Assembly: GCA_035288465.1 (NCBI GenBank) | Contig: DATEAH010000006.1 | Span: forward strand, 27,770-91,769 | Origin: Patescibacteria group bacterium | GTDB lineage: Bacteria > Patescibacteriota > UBA1384 > DATEAH01 | DNA: 64,000 bases | Direction of reading: 5' to 3' | Part shown: piece by piece, positions 56,700 to 64,000 of the stretch | Numbering within the stretch: the first letter of the stretch is position 1 | How the letters are laid out: every line of letters starts with the position of its first letter | Notes under the pieces: model-generated | The model's input: the letters and a program-made list of their open reading frames with translations, nothing else | The model's database searches: none | What the model was told of the DNA's origin: nothing | Program-made: the position numbers and the translations under genes

Positions 56700-59265
56700 T
56701 TTCTTTGCCCCCCTTTTTGGAGAGATAAAAAATAGTCCCTAATAAAATCAGCGTTACAATCGAAATAATCTTGGCAAAGTTGTGATTGGGAAGATTTTCG
56801 TATTTTAGTTTAACATTGTTATTGCCGGCGGGCAAATTGAGGGCCATCATACTATCTATATTATAAATTTTTAGAGGCTGACCATTTAAATAAGCTTTCC
56901 AGTGAGGTGAAATCGTATATGAAACAAGGACTGGGGTATTTTTTTCGGCCGTATAATTAAATTCTAAAATACCAGCCTCGGGATCTAAATTCTGGGAAGT
57001 AAATTCAATCTCCGAAATAATTTCAGAGGCAGGATTTAGACTGCCGGTCGTGATACCAGTGAGAAATTTTTGCTCTTTTTGATCGTGAGTTAAGTAGGCA
57101 TGATAAAATAAATTTCCGCCAATAAACCAGACCTTGTGGCCCTCAACATTTTTATAGCCAATTAAATTATATAAACCGCTGTCTTCATTGGTTTGATTTT
57201 TCCAGCGCGCCAGGGTACTATCCAAATTTAAATATTGAGGAAAGCGCCATTCTTTAAGCGGTGTATATTTAGCTTTCCCCAAATCAGTACCGCCAAAATC
57301 TTTGAGTGAAGGAATTTCCAAGGTTTTAGGGAGGGTATCTGCCGGAATATTTTCAGCTAATTCTAATTGCATGGTGGTAGTAGTTTTTTCGAGTGAACTT
57401 TGGACACCCAAAAAAGTTGGTTCGCCCTCAAGTTTTGAATTTTCGATATTGAGCATATCAATCGTGACATTGCCACCGTTTTTCGCATAATCTTGAATTA
57501 ATTTTTCCGCTTTCTGTTTGTTGTGGTATCCAAAACCATATAAAACTAAATTATCAAAATTGCTTAAAAATTCTAAATCATAATCATCAATATAATTTGA
57601 GCCAGCTAAATTTGAATGTGATTGAAAGGCAGCATAGTTATAACCATGCTTGCCAACGACGAGCGTTTTTTGATTTATGGGAATAAGACCATTTGACGGT
57701 TTGTCTTGGTAATATAAGGCGGTAACTGATTCGCCCGGAGCCTCAAAAACCGGTTGATAACCATTTTCTTTGAGCTTGGCCATAAAATTAGGTTTAAGCT
57801 CGGGATTGTTTTGAAAAAAGTTTTCAATATACGATGTCATCACAAAATAACGATCATTAAACAGCGCCATTTTGGAGAAGAAATAATCATAATAATCATT
57901 GTTAAAAGCGTCATTCATCCAAGCAATTTCTTTGTTTAAGCGGGTGATTGAAAAATAATGTCCTTCAGAGTAATACTTGTGATTAACGCTGGGAATTACC
58001 CAGTCAATTTTCCCAATGTTTTTAACGGTGAAAACTCGTCCCTGATTATCAATTTTCTCAAATGCTTGATTGAGTTTGGGGAAAATATTTTCAAATGGTT
58101 GTACCCAAATTCGATTAATAAAAGGATGTTGGTAGTGGAAATTTAAAATGCTAAGACCGGCAACCAAAGGGATAGCAAGAATCGAAATAGAAATTCTTAG
58201 CCAGGGTTTTAGTTTGGGAAATTCGAAAAAGGTAGTTCCCCAATAAAGCATCACCACGCAAATCCAGGTTAAAGCCGCATAAGGAAAGACCCAAGTTAAT
58301 AATTTATAGATTGGCAAACTCCAAGGGGTAGTGAGATAAAAAGCAAATAGGACCGAAGCCAGAAGCGCCCAATCTTTCGGAGTGCGCCGGCGTAAAAATA
58401 CAAATAAACCTGAAATTATGACCAAAGCGCCGCCGCTTAAAACGATTAATTCTAGAAATGACCCTGCCCCAATTTCAGAGTGGAAGGTAACGGTGGTAAT
58501 GGCCGGATAAGTATAATTTGCAGGTTCAGCAAGGAAAGGGATCGCCCACCAGGCAATTAATCCACAAGCAGTCAGAAAAGCCATCCCCCATATTTCTAAT
58601 TTTCTAAAAGTAATTTCGGAATCGAACAAGACGCGTGCTACCACATAAATAATTAAAAAAGCGAGTGAGTTGATGGCAGTAATTGGATGAGCCACAATCA
58701 TGGAGGCGATAATTATGGTCAAAATCAGGAAATTTCGAAAGCGGAACTTCTGTTCTAAGATTAGATCTGTGTAATAGAAAGCTAGGGGCAGGAGGATAAA
58801 AGGGGTGACGCGAGTGACTGAAGTTCGGGCGAGGTAAAAAATTCCCGGTACAAAAGGATAAATTATACCACCGATAATCGCCGCCCTAATATTATTTTTT
58901 TTATATAGGAAGAAAAACATTGACAGACCGGCTGATAATAAAAGTAGCAAAGAAAAAATTCGGTTAGTATAATAAATATCTTTGACTAAGTGATAGATGA
59001 TGGCGATCGGAATATAGTCTAAAAATGGGGTATGGTGTAAAGTTTCAATACCATTATACCAATAAGGATTAATGACCGGAAAACGATGATTAATTTTATA
59101 ATATTCATAAACATATTTTGGAATAAACATATGAGCGGCTTCGTCGCCACCTCGCATCATTCCCTCGGCAAAGAAGTTGGGAGAAAAAAGATAAAAAATC
59201 ACTCCCAAAACAAGCGCAACTGCCCCAATTAATACTATCCAGTGCCAAAAAGTTTTTTTAAACAT
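56692..59265 (-). CDS. GT-C-like polytopic membrane protein (6-pyruvoyl-tetrahydropterin synthase-related / YfhO-like)
   Basis: GGDEAAH, PYWYNG, ~12 TM, C-terminal PHWKAYLNG...LPAGNNNVKLKY. Confidence 0.75.
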   Translation of the reverse strand: MFKKTFWHWIVLIGAVALVLGVIFYLFSPNFFAEGMMRGGDEAAHMFIPKYVYEYYKINHRFPVINPYWYNGIETLHHTPFLDYIPIAIIYHLVKDIYYTNRIFSLLLLLSAGLSMFFFLYKKNNIRAAIIGGIIYPFVPGIFYLARTSVTRVTPFILLPLAFYYTDLILEQKFRFRNFLILTIIIASMIVAHPITAINSLAFLIIYVVARVLFDSEITFRKLEIWGMAFLTACGLIAWWAIPFLAEPANYTYPAITTVTFHSEIGAGSFLELIVLSGGALVIISGLFVFLRRRTPKDWALLASVLFAFYLTTPWSLPIYKLLTWVFPYAALTWICVVMLYWGTTFFEFPKLKPWLRISISILAIPLVAGLSILNFHYQHPFINRIWVQPFENIFPKLNQAFEKIDNQGRVFTVKNIGKIDWVIPSVNHKYYSEGHYFSITRLNKEIAWMNDAFNNDYYDYFFSKMALFNDRYFVMTSYIENFFQNNPELKPNFMAKLKENGYQPVFEAPGESVTALYYQDKPSNGLIPINQKTLVVGKHGYNYAAFQSHSNLAGSNYIDDYDLEFLSNFDNLVLYGFGYHNKQKAEKLIQDYAKNGGNVTIDMLNIENSKLEGEPTFLGVQSSLEKTTTTMQLELAENIPADTLPKTLEIPSLKDFGGTDLGKAKYTPLKEWRFPQYLNLDSTLARWKNQTNEDSGLYNLIGYKNVEGHKVWFIGGNLFYHAYLTHDQKEQKFLTGITTGSLNPASEIISEIEFTSQNLDPEAGILEFNYTAEKNTPVLVSYTISPHWKAYLNGQPLKIYNIDSMMALNLPAGNNNVKLKYENLPNHNFAKIISIVTLILLGTIFYLSKKGGKENV

Positions 59266-59278
59266 TATATTTCTCCAT

Positions 59279-60991
59279 CTATTTTTGTTCTTTAAGATTA
59301 TAATCCTGATTAATTCCGTCAAGCCTTAAGGCTTCTTTTTTGAAGTTAATGGCATTATTTTTATTATTATTTTGTGCGGTTGGGTTTCCAAAATTCGCTT
59401 CGGCGCCGAAACTATCTAATTCAGGGATTTTTTCCTCATATACGATATCAGAAGATGGTTTTTGGCCAGTCACAAATTGAAGAAGATTGCTGCCAAGGGC
59501 GGAAATCTTTTGTTGGCCGGTACTAATGGTGCCTTGATAATCTTTTATGGACTTAACCGGATTAACTGGTGTGGTCCAAGCCTGAGGTTCTTTTAAGACT
59601 TCCAAATATCCCGCAAAGCGGAAGAAGAAAGTAATGATTCTGAACAAGGGCATGACAAGATTATAGTGATAGCTTTTTTTAATTTTTTTCCGAGTTTCTG
59701 AATCAGCCACCACATAACAATATAAAGAATTGAAACAATCCATCACAATATAAAAAATATACATTAACAAAATGGCTTTAATGATTAATGTGGTGGAATA
59801 ACCGAAAAGGAAGAAAAGCGGCAGTAAAAACATCCAAATAATACGAGGGAAACCAAAGGTGTGGTCGATCATCAACTGCAAGCCTAACCAGAAATTACGC
59901 CAAAAACCCTTGGTTAAGTTGGCATACCAATCAAGGTGAGTACCAACCACTTCAATTTGGCCGCGATGCCAGCGCGCGCGTTGGGCATAAAATCGTTCGT
60001 AGGAAATAACTGGCTTTAAAAAGGCTTTGGCTTCTTCGGCAAAACCTAAGCGGACATTTTGCCGTTGCAGATCAAGGGTTAAATCCGTATCTTCGGAAAC
60101 GGTTCGGCTACTATAAAGGTTAGTTTTCATTAAAACCTCGCGCCTAAAAGCGGAAAAAGCCCCGGAAAAAGTATACATTGAGCCGGTAATATCTTGAAAT
60201 TGTCGTCCCAGCCTAAATGAGGTTAAGTATTCTAAAAATTGGCACTTGGCTAAAACTTTTTCTTTAAGGGTTAATTTTCTGGAGACATAATGGCCGTTTT
60301 CATCTAAAATATATTGACCTTGTGCATTCTTGCGGTAAATTAAATTCCAATCAATTTCAATATTGCCGGTGGCAGCGCCATATTTGGGATTTTCGACAAA
60401 TTTTGCCACCATATTATAAATCGCGTCTGGCGCCAAAAAGGAACGACAATCGATATTGATAATAATTCCGCCCTGAGACAATTTAATGCCGGCGTTTAAA
60501 GCCCTGGCTTTGCCTTTTTCGTATCTGACAACCAACCTAAGTAAGCCGCCAAAACCATCTGCCTGATATGTTTTGCCATTTACTTTGATCTTGCCGTTAA
60601 GATGATGGTTGAGGTTTTTAAAAGTGACGGCTTGATGTAATTTATTATGGCCGTTTTTATTCAACCAAATCTCGCGCATATGGTCTTTGACAATTTCCGA
60701 GGTTTGGTCGGTCGAGCCATTATCAACCACAATAATTTCCATTTTTTCTTGGGGATAAGTTTGAATTTTAAGGTAATTGAGGCATTCGTTGATGTTGTCT
60801 TCTTCGTTATAAGTTGGAATAATAATTGAGACCTTTGGCAGAGTCGCGGGATCAATAGGACGAATGATTCGTTTTGCTCTTTTGGTAATAATGTGAATCA
60901 TATAAATTAAAGCTAAAAATCCATCAAAAATGATCGGAATGATGATCCAGACTCCCCAAAAGATGGCCAAAATAAAGAGATTATTATTCAT
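59279..60991 (-). CDS. Processive-type GT2 glycosyltransferase, exosortase-G-associated (TIGR03111-like)
   Basis: IIIPTYNEE, GKARALNAG, TFSGAFSAFRR, EDTDLT, QRARW (QxxRW). Confidence 0.85.
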   Translation of the reverse strand: MNNNLFILAIFWGVWIIIPIIFDGFLALIYMIHIITKRAKRIIRPIDPATLPKVSIIIPTYNEEDNINECLNYLKIQTYPQEKMEIIVVDNGSTDQTSEIVKDHMREIWLNKNGHNKLHQAVTFKNLNHHLNGKIKVNGKTYQADGFGGLLRLVVRYEKGKARALNAGIKLSQGGIIINIDCRSFLAPDAIYNMVAKFVENPKYGAATGNIEIDWNLIYRKNAQGQYILDENGHYVSRKLTLKEKVLAKCQFLEYLTSFRLGRQFQDITGSMYTFSGAFSAFRREVLMKTNLYSSRTVSEDTDLTLDLQRQNVRLGFAEEAKAFLKPVISYERFYAQRARWHRGQIEVVGTHLDWYANLTKGFWRNFWLGLQLMIDHTFGFPRIIWMFLLPLFFLFGYSTTLIIKAILLMYIFYIVMDCFNSLYCYVVADSETRKKIKKSYHYNLVMPLFRIITFFFRFAGYLEVLKEPQAWTTPVNPVKSIKDYQGTISTGQQKISALGSNLLQFVTGQKPSSDIVYEEKIPELDSFGAEANFGNPTAQNNNKNNAINFKKEALRLDGINQDYNLKEQK

Positions 60992-62162
60992 TCGTTTTGT
61001 CCTCAATTATATTGATGGTGTAATTTGCCCGATGGCCAGAAAGATTTTTATATCTGATGGTGATAATATCGTCTGGTTGAACCTTAAGCGGTTTTTCAAA
61101 AACATTTTGATTATTTATCAATTCGCTTTCTGAACTCGTTGAAAGAGAAGTGAATTTTTGCAGAATGCCATTTTTGTATAACTCAATCCGAATCGGCTGG
61201 TCGCCGTGGATAATTTGCAGATTGATTTTGGTAGTTGATCCGGCCATAAAGCCGAAATCAATGGCTTTCCAAGCGCGCAATCTTTCGATGACAAATTGAT
61301 CTAATATAATAGGTGCTTTTTCACCTAAAATATCCCCTTGATTCTGGTTTGATGGCAGTGGCGTTGGAGTTTCAATTCCAGTTTCATCTTTATATATGAT
61401 AGGTCTATTGACGCGGGCAACTGGGGCAAAGGCTTTTTGCCAATCTTTTGAGGCAATAAAGCTATAAACGCCGGCTAAAACAACCACGACAATGACTGCT
61501 ATTTGAGTATACGCATGTCGAAGCTGTAAAGATCGGCCTGGCTGGGCGGTTTTATTGATGGGAACATCATTTTCAATACTATCACCAACAGATTTAACTG
61601 TGGTTTTGGTGATAATATACCAATAGAGAAGCAGTTCGCAGATAAAGAAGAAAATACGAGCCACGCCAGCATGAGCTAAGAAAATATAGTTTGATCCAAA
61701 CCGGTAAGCGATGATGACGATAATCATCAAGCGAAGAATATTAATCACATAAGTGACGACGAGGGCAAAAACAGATCTAAGGATTTTTTGTTTCCAGTCA
61801 AAAAGTGGATAAAAGATAATTAAGGCAAAAGCAATTGATGATTCCAAAATTGCCGAACATTCAATGCCCAACTTGAGAATGTCGGATCCTCCCACTGGCC
61901 GGATTAGCTGGAATCGGCCTGAAGAAAGCAGTTCAGTTTGGAATTTAAAGAGGTTTTTGGAAATTAGTTCCACATGGAAACTTGCCATATTAACTAAGGT
62001 TTGGTCAAAGCCGAAATATTCAGCTAACAGCACGATCATGATCGTCAAGCCAAAAGCGGCGATAAGGTAATAGAAAAGCCACTGACGATGCTGTCTAAAC
62101 AACAGCACTAAAGTCAGCCAGATGGGGAAGATGATGATTGTGGCTAACAATCGACTTTCCAT
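60984..62162 (-). CDS. Exosortase/archaeosortase family protein (XrtG-like)
   Basis: Polytopic; putative Cys/Arg/His triad GIECSAILE, INILRL, FLAHAG. Confidence 0.8.
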   Translation of the reverse strand: MESRLLATIIIFPIWLTLVLLFRQHRQWLFYYLIAAFGLTIMIVLLAEYFGFDQTLVNMASFHVELISKNLFKFQTELLSSGRFQLIRPVGGSDILKLGIECSAILESSIAFALIIFYPLFDWKQKILRSVFALVVTYVINILRLMIIVIIAYRFGSNYIFLAHAGVARIFFFICELLLYWYIITKTTVKSVGDSIENDVPINKTAQPGRSLQLRHAYTQIAVIVVVVLAGVYSFIASKDWQKAFAPVARVNRPIIYKDETGIETPTPLPSNQNQGDILGEKAPIILDQFVIERLRAWKAIDFGFMAGSTTKINLQIIHGDQPIRIELYKNGILQKFTSLSTSSESELINNQNVFEKPLKVQPDDIITIRYKNLSGHRANYTINIIEDKTNE

Positions 62163-63935
62163 TTATTTCCTTTTTTCTCGAGATGTAATCCCATCAATCG
62201 ACCTTCGGGGTAAATTTTGATGGGTTTTGTCTGGGGCAAGCGGGGCAGAATTTTTAGGCGGAATCAGGGTATTTTTTGGATCAGATTTTTTCTCTTTTTT
62301 AAGTTTAATTACACCCATTTTTACTCCTAGAAAAACGGCTGAACCAACCAAGATTAGGAATAATATTTCAGTTAAAGTCGGGATTGAAGTGAAAGTCACC
62401 GATTTTTCATAATAGATGTTATAGGCATAACTCGTGCTATCCCACCAGCGTGTCCATATCGTATAAGTCGTGTTTGAGGGGAAATTAGTATTAACACAGG
62501 TCCAGTTGTCATTGGCGCTGCCGCTGGCGGCCGTATCAACATTGGTATTTTGATGGGTATAATTGCCTGAAGCCCAAGACGCAGAACCAGCGCAGCCATT
62601 GGTAATGTAGGTTTCGCCGGCGTCAGGTTGGCCGTCCGCGTCGCCATCTATAAAGATGACCGCATCAATATATTTATCGTTTAAAGCGGTGCTGGCATGA
62701 TAATTGTTAACCGTGGTGGAGACAGAAATGGTTTCGCCCAGAGTCGGATAGCTTCCGGCGTCAGTGGATAAAGTCGTGGTGACGGTTTGCTTTTTAGCGA
62801 TGACAACATTGGTGTAAGGAGGAAGATTAGTGTTGGTGCCGTCGGCTAAAGTGAGCGTTGTCGGGTGTGCGTGGCCGGGAATAGTGCCCGAGCCAGAGCC
62901 GCCGACATCACTGGCGCTGGTAGAAGAAGTAGCGTTTATGTCGATATGCGAGTGTTGGTTGGCGCCACCGGTGCTACCATATGAGCCGGTAGGGCTTAAT
63001 AATTTCTGATAAAATGGTCCGCCTGAATCCGAGAGCCGCGTCCAGCCGGCAACAGAAAAACCAACTGAACTATCAGTATCGTCGAACATTGCAATCATCC
63101 CGTTGGGAATGGCGGTGTTGGCGGTGGCTTTGCCCAGGATAATGGTGATGTACGGCGGTTGAGTACCGGGCGCACTAGAAGTGCCCGAGGCGGTATGAGT
63201 GTGATTAGCTAAAGAAGAGCGGTTGGCGGTTGATCCTGATGCGGCAATGGTGCCGGCCACACCGGTTAAAGTTGCCGAAACTGAATGGCTGGTGCCTTGA
63301 TGAGCATCGCTCCCCCCAACGCCACCAGCGCTGGAGTTGCCTCGAATATAACGAAAGCCACCAGTAAAATAACCGGAAACATCCGACCAATTGGCACCGG
63401 GCACCGCGGCGTCAAAAATGGCAATTGCACCCGAAGGAATTGCCGAGTTGCCATTGGGGATGCCAGTGTTTTTAATGACGCAGAGATTTCTATAGGTGGG
63501 CAAATTGCTGATATTGCTGACACTATCAACTGTCACCGGATGGGTATGAGTATCGCTGTTATGGGTACTGCCCGCCGCGGTCTTTCGGTCAGTAGCGGTG
63601 GCGGCGGTACTGCTTCCTGTTCCGCTGTGGGTATGGGTTAAGGCACCGCCGGCGTTTCTGGCATAGCTTGAATTGCCTCTGGGGAAAAGACCGCCATTGG
63701 TTGCATCATAAAATTCTTCACCATCAGCATCAGAAACAACTGACCAGCCAGTTGGTGGAGAGGTACAATCGTCATTCCAGAAAAGCAGCATGTGGTCTGA
63801 GGCATCAACCGCTTTGGCAGGCTTTACAAAAGTGAAAAGATTTAAAATATTGGCAAAAATTGTTATGACCAAAAACACGGCAATTATTTTAGTAATTCTG
63901 ATGGCTCGAATTTTATTGGTAATATTTTTAGCCAT
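62163..63935 (-). CDS. Secreted surface protein with three tail-collar-like repeats and IPTL-type C-terminal sorting signal
   Basis: Signal peptide (AKA/VD); repeats IPxGxIAxFD..W..G.GG..HxH..PPY; C-terminal SIPTLTE + TM + KLKKEKK. Confidence 0.75.
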   Translation of the reverse strand: MAKNITNKIRAIRITKIIAVFLVITIFANILNLFTFVKPAKAVDASDHMLLFWNDDCTSPPTGWSVVSDADGEEFYDATNGGLFPRGNSSYARNAGGALTHTHSGTGSSTAATATDRKTAAGSTHNSDTHTHPVTVDSVSNISNLPTYRNLCVIKNTGIPNGNSAIPSGAIAIFDAAVPGANWSDVSGYFTGGFRYIRGNSSAGGVGGSDAHQGTSHSVSATLTGVAGTIAASGSTANRSSLANHTHTASGTSSAPGTQPPYITIILGKATANTAIPNGMIAMFDDTDSSVGFSVAGWTRLSDSGGPFYQKLLSPTGSYGSTGGANQHSHIDINATSSTSASDVGGSGSGTIPGHAHPTTLTLADGTNTNLPPYTNVVIAKKQTVTTTLSTDAGSYPTLGETISVSTTVNNYHASTALNDKYIDAVIFIDGDADGQPDAGETYITNGCAGSASWASGNYTHQNTNVDTAASGSANDNWTCVNTNFPSNTTYTIWTRWWDSTSYAYNIYYEKSVTFTSIPTLTEILFLILVGSAVFLGVKMGVIKLKKEKKSDPKNTLIPPKNSAPLAPDKTHQNLPRRSIDGITSREKRK

Positions 63936-64000
63936 ATCTAAACCTCGCTCTTTCTGAGAAAGTCTTCAAAATCTTTTTCTCTAACACGATAAAACTTACC

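Noticed and set aside
62163-63935. Prophage tail gene
   Set aside because: Has a signal peptide and sorting tail, and there are no other phage genes nearby
1-64000. Alternative genetic code (UGA=Gly, as in Gracilibacteria/Absconditabacteria)
   Set aside because: Conserved genes are full length under code 11, and TGA ends genes such as comF and holA

Overview
AT-rich bacterial chromosomal window that contains the replication origin (rpmH-rnpA-yidD-yidC-jag divergent from dnaA-oriC-dnaN-recF-dciA). Gene content suggests a Patescibacteria/CPR genome (inference): short ValS, VirB2-like pilin array with PilB, chromosomal PrgI/VirB4 cluster, FemAB/MurE, ComF. In order, the window holds a type II R-M pair, housekeeping genes (rpsT, lepB, holA, polA, murE, tsaD, valS), a 17-kb T4SS-like cluster, the origin, two tRNA-Ser genes, a pilus locus and a 13-kb exosortase/glycosylation/radical-SAM surface-protein locus. 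Four signals stand out. (1) Three divergent four-helix-bundle genes each sit inside imperfect inverted 7-mer-periodic arms, and about nine ORF-less hairpins of the same design occur elsewhere, one in frame inside valS. This looks like an undescribed mobile or RNA-level element family. (2) A conserved, covarying 115-160 nt leader ending in GAGTGCAGGAGGGG precedes four envelope/pilus genes (three full copies, one partial). (3) An exosortase with an IPTL-type sorting substrate built from phage tail-collar-like repeats is encoded with a CDP-alcohol transferase and two B12 radical SAM enzymes. (4) A LAS/M15-like peptidase motif is split by a ~530-aa helical-repeat insert. All calls come from reading motifs by eye; no database searches were run.
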